Below, piece after piece: positions 37,970 to 50,823 of a DNA stretch of 64,000 bases. Position 1 is the stretch's first letter; the number at the start of each line of letters is the position of its first letter. Under the pieces are notes generated by a model. That model did no database searches, was not told where the DNA came from, and was given only the letters and a program-made list of their open reading frames with translations. Made by a program: the position numbers and the translations under genes. Origin of the DNA: Pseudogymnoascus verrucosus (Eukaryota); the NCBI GenBank assembly GCA_001662655.1, contig KV460227.1. The stretch is one strand, 5' to 3'.

Positions 37970-39020
37970 ATGGCGACCTCACCTCCATACGCCCCCCAAT
38001 ATGGCGGCACCTCCGTCTCCCCCCCCTATCCCTCTCACACCCCCCTCCCCTCCAAACGCCGCACAACCGACCCCCACTCCTCCGCCAAACGCCGCAAACC
38101 CTCCACAACAAGCACGCACTCCGCGCACCCCCTCCGCCAAACCTCCTTCCCCCCCGACGGCCTCAACCCCGATGGGCGCGCCTACTCCGCCGACGCGCGC
38201 TCTCCCTCCTTAGACGCAACAAGCATGGTCTCCGGGAGCGTCGTGTCGAAGCCCCCCAAGAAACGGGGTAGGAAAGGGAAGGGTGCGGGCGGGGATGAGG
38301 GGAGTCTTGTGGGAGGGGGGAGTACGGCGATGTCGATGGTTTCGGGAGGGGGGAGGCAGAGGGAGGGGACGAGGGGGGTGAGTCCCGAGGAGGATGATGA
38401 GGAGGTTGCGACGCTGGATGTGGCGCTTGTGGCGCGCACGAATGAGGAGAAGGAGAAGGAGAAGTATTATCGCGCGTTGCTTGTTGGGGCGCTGGATCCG
38501 GATCAGTATGCTAGGTATGAGAGGTGGAGGTCTAGTAAGCTTGCTGATGCTGTGGTGCGACGGGTGAGTTTTGGCTGTTTTATCCCCATCTTAGTGGTTT
38601 GGTTGACTGACTTGTTCCTATTTGCAGCTCGTCAACCAAACGCTCTCCCAATCCGTCCCGAGTAACGTCGTCATGGCCGTAAAATCCGTCACCAAAGTCT
38701 TCGCCGGCGAACTCATCGAGCGCGCCCGCAAGATCCAAACACAATGGCTCTTCGCCTCATCCGAATCCCAGATCGACGACCCTGACGCGCGCGGCGCCGC
38801 ACCCGTAGATACCAGCAAGGACGTCCAGCTATGGGAAGCGAATAAGGCGGAGGAAAGGCGCGGGCCGTTGACGCCGGAGCACTTGCGTGAGGCGCTGAGG
38901 AGGTATAAGGCTGAGAGGGCGGGGGGGCTGGTGGGGTTGATGGGCTTGGATCGCGGGCAGCATTCGACGGGGGCGGATAGGTTTGGGTTGAAGGTGAGGG
39001 GGAGGAGGTTGCTTGGGTAG
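37970..39020 (+). CDS. TAF11: TFIID subunit TAF11
   Basis: HPLRQTSFPP, DQYARYERWR.SKL, LVNQTLSQSV, KVFAGELIERA and GPLTPEHLREALRRY. Intron 38563-38627. Confidence 0.92.
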
Positions 39021-39517
39021 GGAGGGGGAGGTGGGGATGGGGATGGGATGAGGGGCGTTTAGTGCTTGCATTTGCGGAGTTTGGGGGAGAGCAAAGGGGA
39101 GGCCCGGCGTGGTCGGTGTATGATATCAATCGCGTATTTGACAGCGGAGAGTTCGGGGGTTGGGGCTGTATGTTTATAATACGAATTCGCAAAGGATGGC
39201 GCCCTGGAAAGGCAGCGAGGAATGGGAACCACCACAAGGGTGTTATGCCGAAATGCAAGACTTTCCTTCTTCAGAAATGCATATTCCAGAGACTCTGATT
39301 GTTCCCATTGACAGACTGACTCTATGTGCTTTCAGCGCTTCCACTGCATCATAGCAATAATATGCATTGATAAACTACAGACAGCTACAATCCATCTCGT
39401 TGAGCCGCACATTGCCATTCAAACTAGCCATAGCCTCCCTATGCCCACCAACCTCTACTTCTGTGACTATCCAAAACACCGCTCGGAACTACAGCCTCTC
39501 CTCCCCTGTTCCTCATA

Positions 39518-39640
39518 ACTGCCCCTTTTTCTCGTTACTGTTATCTTCTCGTCACCGTCTATTTTCTCGTCACCGCCATCTTCTCGTCGCTGACCCGTCT
39601 TCTTACCACTGCCCCTTTTCTCGTCACCCGCGTTCTCGCC
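39518..39640 (+). repeat. Degenerate 17-18-bp minisatellite (core TTCTCGTCACC)
   Basis: About 7 units, at approximately 39529, 39546, 39564, 39581, 39600, 39618 and 39633. ACTGCCCCTTTT recurs 90 bp apart. Confidence 0.75.
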
Positions 39641-40450
39641 ATCCATCTACTCCAAACACCGTTGATCATGGATAGGCCCAATGCAGCGAGTGGTTCCAGA
39701 CGCCTTTTCCATGAATCTACACCTTGCAGCCCACGGACATTCGCACCTCTGGATGATCCCTGCGTCAAGTAGTTTGGGAACTCTTGCCTCTGCCAGCGCA
39801 TTTTGTATATATATATTTGGGGGTTTGCCTTTCGCATTTGACAATAGACTGCTTATCTTTGAATTGGGCGGCCTTCACAAAGGGGTACCCAAGTAGGCTA
39901 GCTTCCGGTGGGCATTAAGATATCGATATCTTCACAACTGCGTATCTCACTTCACAAACAGCTTCGTCTTGGTACACACATCGATTCTCTCATCTAGCGT
40001 CTCTCTCCCCAACTCAGCGCTATCTAACGAGAAACCAGCACCCCACCACCAGCCTCAAGCCCAGCAGCAGTATCTAACCCCCCTCGCATCCCATGCTGTT
40101 ACCGCAAATGCAGATGCAAACCCCCCAATCTCCCCATAATCCCCCACCATCCCAAAAATCCAGGCCCATCGCGGGCTAACAAGAAAGTAATAGTGCCAAA
40201 TCCACAATCCCCAACCCTCTCCACATGAAGAAAATCCCCTTCTCTATCCCCCCCACCAACCCCCCATCCCGCCACTTCCTCTAGTATCATAGTTATCATA
40301 ATCGCATCGTATTTCGCCCCGCCGTACTCGCCGTCGAGGGTATCGTTCAGTCGTAGAAACATCTTAACAAAAAATGCAAAAAGGTGTAAAAGGTTGACCA
40401 CAAACTCGGGTCATAATCAAATCCAGCCCATAAGGCAAGGCAGGGGGTGC

Positions 40451-42194
40451 TTAGAAGACCGTCCCGTCACTAATAATCATGATCGGCGGCTCCTTGGTAT
40501 TCGGTCTTGTGACCTCTGCGATTTCGCGACCACCCTGTTATGACTGTTAGTTTCATGTGCATTGGGGAATCAGTTGGGGTAAACAGGGAAAGACATACCT
40601 TCCAGCTACCCGCCTCTAGCATCTGCGGCAGAGACAGGGCCTCCTCCCCACTCAAGCCCAGCTCGGTATTCACCTTCGCGAGCAGCAAATCCAAGAATCC
40701 CACCGTGACCGCGCGCCACTCCACAACCACATCATCACTCGCCTCAAACATCGGCACAACCTCCATACACTTCTGCCCATTCCGATCCGCCTCCGCGGAG
40801 AACCTCTCCAGTCCCCTCTTCATCTGCTCCGGCTTAAGAGTCAACACACCGGTGTCAACGAAAAGCCCCCCATTGCGGTACTCGGGGAGCCCGGTCATGA
40901 GTTCCGCGCCGGCGAAGTGGATGTGCATCAGCACGGACATGGGCTGCATGAGGGAGTAGCAGAGCCACTGCGTCAGCTTGTGGAACGGTACGATGGTCTC
41001 CCACTCGGCGCTATTCGAGTCGCGCGGCATGGAGGAGAGGGGCCAGGCGTCGCCGAGGCTGACTCCGTCGACTACGGTGCGGGAGGCGGGCCAGATGGGT
41101 CCGAGCCCGTCCATGAGCACGTGCCACAGGGTTGGGAGGGGGACGATGGGGACGGAGGAGATTTGGGTGGTTGGGTGGGAAATCAGGTAATCTGGGAGGA
41201 GTTAGTAATAGTTCTGCTTTAGTGTACTGTGGCTACGGGAAGTTGCGCCATATAGTGGGTGGCATTTACCAATGATGTTTCCTGGTCGTAAATCGTCACC
41301 GAAGTACTGGCGGTTTTCCAGTGCTTTGGAAAGGCGGATTAGGAGGTTTGCGCGGCCATCAAGGCCAGTAATCGGGTTCTGTGCGGTGACCTGGAGGCCC
41401 TTGCCCATGGTCTCAACAGTGAGACGTCTCAGTCCGTCGGAGTCGACTCGGAATGGCTGGTCTGGGTCACTGGAGAACATGCCCGTCTTGAACATTTCCA
41501 AGCTCGCGACAGCGAGGCCCTCGCTCCTTCTGTATACCTTGCCATTCTCCTTCGACTTGTAAGACCATGCGGTGCCGGCTCCGGCGTCGAGAAGCACGGA
41601 AACTAAGAAGAGGTCGAGAAGGCGGCGGGTCCGCTCAGAGGTGTCGACAGAGCTGGGCCATGACTGTAAAAGATGTGTAACCCGATCTTTCCCGCCCACA
41701 TTGAAATGTTGCCAGCGTCCATGAGGGGGAATCGTAGAATAATCCGGTGCAAAGTCGCGCTGTATGGTGGTTAGTTGCGATCCTGTAGAGCGTGAAGTGC
41801 GGGGTCAGAGGAAGGGTACCTTGATGATCGAAACAACAAAGGCCACCGAATCGTCGAACTTGGACATGTCGACATCGAAATGGTTTAAATCGTTATCCAG
41901 TGCCTTCTCTAGTAATACTGAGCATCGTGCCCTGACCGATCCGATGCTGCGCAGGTACGCCGCCGGGTCGACGAGTGGATCTGGAGCTTTAGGCATTTTG
42001 ATCTGAGGACGATGCGACGGGGCGGTTGTTGTTGGAGAGAATGGTCCAGAGCTAGTTGGTGGTGACGAGCGTTTTCCAAATCCCAAAGTCGGAGATTGAA
42101 GTGAGGAATTTGAGGAGGCGAGTGAAGCTGAGCGTTCACTTATAGATGGCTTTGATGATGCCCTGTTGGACGAGCTCTTGCTGAAGAGACCCAT
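40451..42194 (-). CDS. URC4: DUF1688 protein (Urc4/Urg3, uracil catabolism family)
   Basis: IPPHGRWQHF, DLFLVSVLLDAGAG, RSEGLAVAS, PFHKLTQWL.YSL, TGLPEYRNGGL, VEWRA, LEAGSWK and terminal ISDGTVF. 3 introns. Confidence 0.92.
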
Positions 42195-45100
42195 CTTATC
42201 GGGTGTTGGCTGGTTGCGGTGATAAGGGGTTTTGGTGGGGTCTGATCCGAACCTCCCAGTGGACGAGTACTCCTGGTCTCTGGATTGGAACAACGAACAC
42301 GTAAAATGTGCTGAAAATACACAAGTTGAGTGCTGAAATATACAATGCGAAAATGAACAGATCGATCTGATCTATAGAAAGATTAATGCGCTTCGATTGC
42401 TGTCAGTTGTTGTTTTGTTGGCGTGCTCGAGAAACAAATGTCGTATTGGTTGGTGGAGTGTATTTATTGTTAGAGTGGCGATTGATGCAAGTGAAATCAC
42501 AATCGCAATTGGATTGGTGACTGGGAAGAGAAGGTGCTGGAAAGGCCGCAAGTAAAGAAGGCAAACAATATACAGCTTCCGAATAAATAAATGTCGAAAG
42601 GTAAGCCTCGTCCAAGCAGAAATATACACCAGATAACTCTCGAAATATGTCCGAGGTATTGTTGTTTTTTGTGTCGGGGGGGGAAAATAAAAATGGGTAG
42701 GAGATGGAGGAGGAGGACGGCGGGGGGCGGGGTGTTTTGGTTGTTGTAAGCGTTTCTCAGAGCGAGGAGGTACGAGAACCAGGAGTGGCCAGAACAAAGA
42801 GCTCCGTCCAAACAGCAGTAGCTTCGGTGGATCGAGCCATGTAACCAAACAATCAACGACGGTAAGGCGCGCAGTGGATATAATCGTCACGGTAAGAGAA
42901 AGAGCGATGTGGGGGGATAGGAGCGAAGAGACCAGAGACAGGAGAGAGAGCGGAGAAAAGAGTGACGATCAACGAGAAATATATTTTCACAGCACATTGA
43001 GGAAGCTGCGATGTGATGGTCAACACCAACCAAACAGAAAAAATATGCCGTTTAATCGTTCCACCAGACAAGTAACAAGCTGACCCTGGGGCGAAATTTC
43101 CTCTTCTAGCAGGTATGCTCACCCTCGATTAATCTATCAGCCTGTAACCCATGAATAGATCGCAGTCTACTGTCTACTACGCTCCGCAATTGCAAGTCTT
43201 CCCGCAGGTCGGCCCACACAGTTCATTATCCACAGTTATGGCTGGTTTACGAATTACGGAGTCAAGAAATACGCCCAGGATTTGCAGCTAGAGACACCCT
43301 AGAGGAGGGAGGAGGAACAAGGGCGGCATTTCTCTGAAGTCGGACTCCGAAGCAGTCCAAAAGAATATCCGTGGGCCTACCATGGTAGATACCCAACGGG
43401 GAAACAACGGAAAGATCCTTCCACTACCAGGGCCAGGCTCAGAGATGAGAGGTTTTCTTCTCCGGGCGCTCTCTCATACCCAGGGAATATATTTCCCTTC
43501 AGGGATCTGCAGAATAGCCAGGTTCTATACTGTGTGGAGCACAACCACAGCAAGCACAGTGATAGCGTGCACTGTGCATACAGTAGTGCTCTAGGACAGA
43601 GTACCCTTTACGACGACATGGGAGGATCATTACTCCCAGTCCCAATCCTGAGGGAATCAACACACTATCGAGAATGGAAACCCGTCACCCAGACTTCCAA
43701 GTACGCGGCGCACAACCACTCCAACGCTCGCATTGCATGTGAGCCATCCCAGCGTCCGTGTTTATTGCCCAACCGTCATGCCACTAACCACTTAGTTTTT
43801 CCTTGGCTACCATCCACTACAGCAGTTACGATACTCTAGACCCAAGCTTGCTCGGCCCCGGCGATTTACACAGCCCGCAGCTGTCTGGGTCCAGCTGTCC
43901 CCTGTCGAGCTACGCTACGGCCTGTCCCTGCCGTCCCTTCCTTGGGCTCTAGAACGAGGATCGAGGGAGATGAAAGGGAGACGCCAGCTGTCGGATAATT
44001 TCATACCCCACAATATTCAGCAGCCACAGCACCGAGTCCGATTCTTCTATGCGATTCTTCTCTCGAATGGTTGTGGGGAGAGTCGGTCGGATCCTAGACA
44101 TCACAAAGTACGAACTCGAGTAGCGTTGTTATGGGCCTATTAGATTGTGCGCAGGCCGCGATGCAGGTACCGCAGCCACAGGACTGGCAACGACATGGAT
44201 GCTGCAGTGAGGGGACTGCTGCTGCAGGGCACTGCAAAATTCTGACACAGCTACAGGCCTGTCGTAAGAACGGGGACATACGTACTGCATGCGAGCAGAG
44301 AGCGGTATGCATGCACACCGCGCAAACATGCTTGTACGCAAGGTCGTCTTTGGATAATTGAATCCCTGGTTTTGGTGCTGCTAACGTGCATCTAGCAGGT
44401 TGATCACAGTACCACCATCCGGTCAGAAGAAACAGCATGTGCTGACAGACCAGGCCATGATCTTGGTGTGCGACTTTGGGAGCTCATCACAATCACGAAT
44501 ACACCCACCAGCGCATAAATCCCACGTTGTCAGTGACGGAAATGCAACATTCCATGTGGTAGAACCTGGCACAATGATACCCTAAGAAACGTGGCCAGTT
44601 CAAACTCTATAGCAGAGTTGCACGAAGGCTGGAATGCTTAAGCAGTATTACAGTGGTGACGACTTCAACGCCCAACAACAACAACAACAATGGTCTCGCC
44701 AACTGAAGGATTGAACTAGAGACGCATGAAGTACAGTAAGTATCTGCGTACACCGGCTTATCAATCAACTCTCATTTTTCCGAATCCCCAACGCCCGACC
44801 CGTCCCATCATCGGCACGGGTAGTACCATCTCCCATAGTCGGCCCATCCGAAATACCTCTTAAAGATTCCTCATCGGGCTGTCCTTTAGACAGGATGCAA
44901 AGAGAGCACGGACACACCACAGCGTGAACCATGCCTTATCTCAAACCGAACGAACTCACTCTACAGGTGGAGCAGAGACCGAGCACCTGTCCCGTCCTCC
45001 CACCACACCCCGCCACAAACCCACCGCCCAGCACAAACTCCGCAATGACCCCTACAGAAAGCAGCCAAGCCCTTTCCACCAACAACTGCCACCCTTGACT

Positions 45101-45825
45101 AACACCGACAAATCCCCAGATTGCCGCCATCCGCCACAGCCAATAGTGCGCTACCTTCATCCTTCGGAACCCGCCCTCCCCATTGCCGCGCCCTCCCACC
45201 CAACCGTGCCCCAATCCCCTTAACGAACCAGTTCGTTCTCAAAACCCAATTAAAACTACTGTATCTACTCCCGCCTCAGTCAGCACCAGCGCTCGCGCCC
45301 TCGCTCCTCCTTGCATCCCACCTCCACCACCACCGCACGCACGCACTTCGCCCAGCCCACGCACAGCACCACGAGACACCAGAGACTGCCAATCGGACCG
45401 CTCCCGTGGCGGCTAGCTTGCGTGCAGAGGTCTCGGCCGGTTAGGGCACGTCCGCGCCGGCGTGCGCCAAGGGGTGCTCTGGAGCGGTGGTGGCGAGTTG
45501 TTGGTGTGTGTGGCGTTGGAGGAGGCGGCGGGGGGCGGCGGCGGTGTGATCTGCAAGGTAGGTCGTGTCTCGGTACTGTAGGCGTGAGGGGTCCGGGCGC
45601 GCGATGGGGATTTGCTTTTTCGGTTTGGGTGTGGTGAGTGGTGAGTGGTGGTGGCGTGGTGAGGAGGGGGAGGAGGCGTTCAGGCTGGCTTGGGGATGGT
45701 AGGTTATGGTGAGGTGTGTGTGTGGGTGGGGACAGATAGCTTCAATAGCTTCGTATGTATTGACGATAGTGTATGAATCTACGTAATGTAGTATGTAGTC
45801 CTATATACCCCAATCCTATATTCCA

Positions 45826-45905
45826 TCCAAGGTATCCCTTCCAAGACATGCCATCCAAGATCTGCATTCCAAGATATGCAGTCCCGCCACGAGATCCAGA
45901 TATCG
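45826..45905 (+). repeat. Short degenerate tandem repeat (TCCAAGATATGCA-like, ~14-bp period)
   Basis: tccaaggtatccc / ttccaagacatgcca / tccaagatctgca / ttccaagatatgca / tccagatat. Confidence 0.6.
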
Positions 45906-46204
45906 GCTCTGTCTGTCTGGAGCAATTGTGTGTACTCCTCCCATATGTGCTTTTGCCAAATATCTGACATGAAAATCCCGAATCCCAAATCCCAAAACTC
46001 CAATCTACCCAGTCAAACTCTCAGGGTATCCCACATGTCGGCATCAGAGGAGCCAATGTCGTAACGTCGTATCAATCCAAACTCCAACCACCTTCCACTT
46101 TCCGACAAGCTTTCCAACCATCCCATCACGCTGCAGCACCATCGCCTTACCCCCACGTCCCCCACGCTCTCTCCCCGAACAAACCCCAACGGGACCCGGC
46201 ATCC

Positions 46205-48292
46205 TCACCACGGCTCCCCCAGTAATCCCCCGCCCTTCTCCTCCCTCTTCACCCGCCGACTCGGACCCGGGGCCATCTCGACCCACTTTCCGTCCTTTGT
46301 CCACGTGCCCGCCTTCGTATAATCCAACGTCGCAGTCCCCTGCATGAACGCGAAGCGGAAATACTCATTCACGTCCAGACCCGGCTGGCGCTCCCACATG
46401 AAGCCCCGACCGTTGCGGGGCTCGTCGTCGACGAAGCCGCGGAAGCGCTCGACGTCGTTGACGAGGATGCTGACGCCGTCGAAGGAGGTCTCGAGGTCGG
46501 GCCAGGTGAACGTGATGTTGGAGTTGCTGGTTGTGGCGGCGGTGGAGAGTTGGATGGCGGGGGGGAGAAGGTTGGGGAGTTTGGAGTTGTGTTGCGCGTC
46601 GTCGAGGAGGGCGGCGTCGGTTTGGAGGAGCGAGTCGAAGCCCCAGCGTGCGATGCCGTTGATGAAGAGCCCGAGGAGGATGCCTTGGTAGAGGAGACTG
46701 GGCCGAGTTTGCATGCTTGTTCCGGGGATGAGGAGGATGGCGAGGATGTAGTGGTGGATGCGCAGGTTTAGGCCGGGGATGCAGATGCAGACGATGATGC
46801 CGACGAGGATGACGGCGTAGAAACTGAGGTAGCGAAGCAAGCGGCCTTCGAGGCGGAAGTACCAGATTTGTTGTACGACTATGGCGATGAGGATGATCGC
46901 GATGAAGGCGAGGGCTGCTTTCGCGCCGGGCTGCTGCTCGAGGTCGTGGGGGGTCAGGCGCTGGATGGGGATGAAGTCGAAGGTGTAGTTTGTGAGGGAG
47001 CCGACCCAGCAGCCGCCGAGCCAGAGGATGGTTTTTTCGACTTGCGCGGTGAGGCCGCGGAGGGTGCGGCAGATGGCGAAGGTGTAGAACACGAATGCGA
47101 CAAACATAGCTGGGAGAAACCTAGAGACGAGGATTTGGAGCAGGTCGAGCATGCCTCTATGCGTAGGGGGGTCGGAGACGAGGCCCACGTGGATGAAGAT
47201 AGTAGTGAAGGCGGTAAAGAAGAAAACCGAGGGAGAGGTGACGAAGAGGCTCAGTATCGAGGTGAAAATGACGGATACGGCAAGGATGGGCCATCTCATG
47301 TCTTTCGCCGAGCAGGTAACATCGGGCTGGAAGACGAAGGAGAGCGGGAAGTGCGAGTCAAAGCCTATGCTCTTGATACCGTTGCTTTGGGAGCTGGTAA
47401 AGGAGCTCGCTGCGCCATTCTTACTGACAACTCCGCAGCCGCCTTCGCTGTCGGTGATTACACCGGCGTGGATGGCAGCTTGGCAGAGGAACGAGTCGCC
47501 ACGGTAAGTTGCCCTCGGGTCCTTTGAGGTATCTTCTGGGGGTCCGCCGATGACCAGAGAGGCGTAATTTATTTCTTGCGTGCCAACAGCGCGAGGATTG
47601 AGCACTTTGTAACCCGCGCAGGAGGCGGGGCAACGGAAGGCGAGACTCGTCCCCTCAAAGGGACGGCAGTTAGATCCTTGGAGGCCACATGAGTTACCAG
47701 AGCTCCAGAACGTAGCGCCGCAGTCGATAGACACAGGCTGGCCATAGGACCCTATGTCGGCCGCCAGGGTCGAGTATCGTAGCATCAATCCAAATGTGAG
47801 ACCCCAGCAGAGATAGAAGAAGAGCAGAAGAGTCAGCCTCGCTTTCTTCTTAGGCACATAGGTGTCTAGGAACCGGATGGGGGCCTCCTGGATTTTCGGG
47901 AACAATGGCTTGATATGCTGTCGCCGCGGAGGCTGGGGTCCTTTTGCCCATCTTGCCACAGCCTTGGAGTACCGTTGAACTCTGGTCGGAATCCACGGAT
48001 ACTTGCGGTATGTCCCATCTTCCTGTATGAATCGCGGAGCAGACAAGTCTGAGCTGGACGCCGTTGTATCTGTATGTGGACGAGGCCGTTCTAGAGATTC
48101 AGTCGATGTTCTTATCCCCGCACCCGACGCCGGATGCGCGGCTTCTTCGTCGCTGAGTCTATCAGCCATCGCCATGTCGTTCGGTACTGGAAACTGCGTA
48201 AGTTACAATCACCTTGGCTTGTTAAATAGCTACTCACCACGACTATACGATGCTTCGGTAGCTGAACCTCGACTCCATGGAAGGTTAGGCAT
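46205..48292 (-). CDS. LCCL-domain multi-pass membrane protein
   Basis: FRCPA.C and YRGDSFLCQAAIH.GVI...GGC (LCCL domain), TM helices, LRIHHY and LVNDVER. Probable extra exon from ATG 48292 joined in frame through a 51-nt intron 48237-48187; otherwise the start is 48175. Confidence 0.88.
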
Positions 48293-49042
48293 CCTCTACC
48301 TTTGTACGTCGGTGGTCGATTAGCTGATGTACAGTAATACTGGGTGCAGTCGTTGAGTTGCTTGCGTCCAGGTGGAGTACTTAGAGTGTTCTAGTCAGGG
48401 ATGCCATGCGGGAGGATCGGAAACACGAGGCCGTTTCCCCAATGGGGAACGTGGATAGTATGGGATAGGATGGGATAGGATAGGATAGGTTTCATAGCCC
48501 ACACAAATCTTCATAGTAGTCACAGTAGCGTATTACATTGTAAGGCTACTGACGGCTACAGAAGAGTGGAAGGAGGGGATTCCGTCTTGAGCGCATTGGC
48601 GGGATTGGCGCCTGTGACGTAGGCCTATCAGGAACGACACGGGTAAACTCAGGGCCACCAAAGGAACACCAACGACTATCAACCACCGCATTTTTAGCGT
48701 CATCGCAACCCACAGAATATTTTGGAGCTCTCGCCCAATACTGAAAATAACCAGGAACGTCGCAATAATACGATTTTATATCGGGGTTATATGGGGTACT
48801 GTACTTTGCGGAGTATTGTAAACAACATCTGACGTCGCTATCAGAGTATAACCAAGTATATTCAAGTATCAAACGTCCCGTTCATGAAGATCTGTACTGC
48901 GTATGCAAGGCTGTGCAACAACAACTCGGGCCTTCGTGACACAGTCTCAGTACTAACCTGCGGGCCGAAGATCATTACTGGCTTCCGAAGCAAGGGACTA
49001 AAAGCTTACACGAATTCTTCAACGTCGTCACAGAGGGTCAAA

Positions 49043-50565
49043 ATGGCGGTCGGAGCATTGGATCAGCCGTTTTTCACGCTTCATGATGAAACCAGCATTG
49101 ATGCTGCGCCCTCGGATCCCCGTCGTGCGAGACTTGGCCGTATCTCGGTGAAGGGCCGGAGGACTCTCGATACGCCGAACTTCCTCGCCATCACTTCACG
49201 TGGTGTCGTCCCCCATATCAGCCCCGATGTAGTAGGGGAGCAGACAGAGTTCGCCGGCGTCTATACCGCGATTGAAGACTGTAAGTACAAATCGTCCTGT
49301 CCAAAATAAGGCAGGTGTCACGTGTCCATACAGGGGCTGATCAAGATGTAGATGTCGAAAAGGCAACGAGAGGGGGCGTGCCTCCAATCATGAAGATGCC
49401 AGCTCGGAATAGCACGCCGCTCCATAGCTTCACTGCTTTGCCGCCTTCCCTCATCACCGTTATGTCGCCACGCCGCTCACCCGCCGTCAGCTCACCCCAG
49501 GGCAACCCAGACAGCGGCCTGTCAATCTTTACCTCCACTGGTTTCCAGTCTCTCAGCACGCAGCGGTACGCAGAGTATGCAAATTACATCAAGCCGGACA
49601 TCACCATCGCTCTAGGTGATTTGCCATACGGGCCAATGCCTGGCAAGAAGCGAGCCTCTAAAATGTCCGAAAGGACGACGATGTGGGTTGATAAATTCCT
49701 CTCCGAATTATCAAAGTCCCCCGAGGCACCGGGCGCACCAGCAACAGCAGTCTTTGCACCAATCTTGACAAGAGACTATCAGTCTCAATTTGAGTATATC
49801 GAGCATATTTCCGAAGACCTCGCCCCCTCCCTTTCCGGCCTAGCATTCTACTCCTCCTCCCTCCTCCCCGACATCCCGCAAACCCCCTCTCTCAACCGCC
49901 TCGTCCGCCTCTCCCTCGACGAGCCCTCCTCTCCACATGAGATCCTCCGCCAGGTCTCACTCGGAATGGACGTCTTCACCATCCCCTACCTCACGTTTGC
50001 AACAGACTCCGGTCTCGCTCTGACCTACGAGTTTCCCCGCCCAGCAGTCCCGGACTCCTCAAACCCCTCTGTGGAGGGAACATCGCTCCTACCACTCGCC
50101 ATTGACCTTTTCTCCCCAACCTACTCAACCGCCGTCACCCCACTCATCCCCACCTGCACGTGCTACGCCTGCACATCCCACCACCGCGCTTACATCCAGC
50201 ACCTCCTCTGCGCAAAAGAGATGCTAGCCTGGACGCTCCTCGCGCTGCACAACCACCACTCCACCTCTACCTTCTTTGCGGCTGTCAGGAAGTCCATCGC
50301 CGCTGGTACATTCGAGGCGGATAAGGAGGTGTTTGAGCGGACTTATGAGACTGAGCTCCCCGAAGCCACGGGCCATAAGCCGAGGGCGAGGGGATACCAT
50401 TTTAAGAGCGGTGCTGCGGAGCCGAAGAGGAATAAGCCGGCTTGGGGGGCGTTGAGTGAGGGGGTGGGTGCGACGACGCAGACGCCGCCGGTGATGCCGG
50501 ATGAGGATGCGAGGACGTTGGATGAGAAGGGGTTTGCGGAGGATTTGGCTGATAGGCCGGAGTGA
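49043..50565 (+). CDS. QTRT2: Queuine tRNA-ribosyltransferase accessory subunit (QTRT2/QTRTD1)
   Basis: ARLG..TPNF...TSRG.VPH.SPD N-terminus and zinc site CTCYAC..H.RAYI.HLL..EML...LL..HN. Lacks the catalytic DSGG motif of QTRT1. Intron ~49281-49351. Confidence 0.88.
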
Positions 50566-50823
50566 GTGGGTTGTGGGAAATAGATGATAGATATTAATAT
50601 GCGATTCAAGCATGCAAACTTGGCTGAATATGTGTTGCAGTATAGCTGACAATATATTTTGGTAATTGATATTTTATTTTGAACATAATAAATAAAATAT
50701 AAAATGATTTTAATAGGAGGTTTGAAACTTAATACGGTGGTCTCTCTCTAGTCCACAGTACTCTTGACAAGCGTCGGCAGTAATTATTCCTAGATTTTTT
50801 CCCTTGGAGCTTTGAATCCTCCC

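Noticed and set aside
33013..39020. TAF6 and TAF11 as a TFIID gene cluster
   Set aside because: They are separated by unrelated genes and I saw no shared promoter motif. Ordinary synteny is sufficient.
36100..42194. FOL2 plus URC4 as a URC pyrimidine-degradation cluster
   Set aside because: The URC partner is a GTP cyclohydrolase II-like protein. This gene has type I motifs (CEHH, QVQERLT) and TAF11 lies between them.
48243..48278. uORF MESRFSYRSIV upstream of the LCCL gene
   Set aside because: It lies inside a probable first coding exon starting at ATG 48292 that splices in frame to the main ORF.
48452..48490. (GGATA)n microsatellite, and similar short repeats at ~5570 and ~32690
   Set aside because: Ordinary slippage repeats with no further structure.
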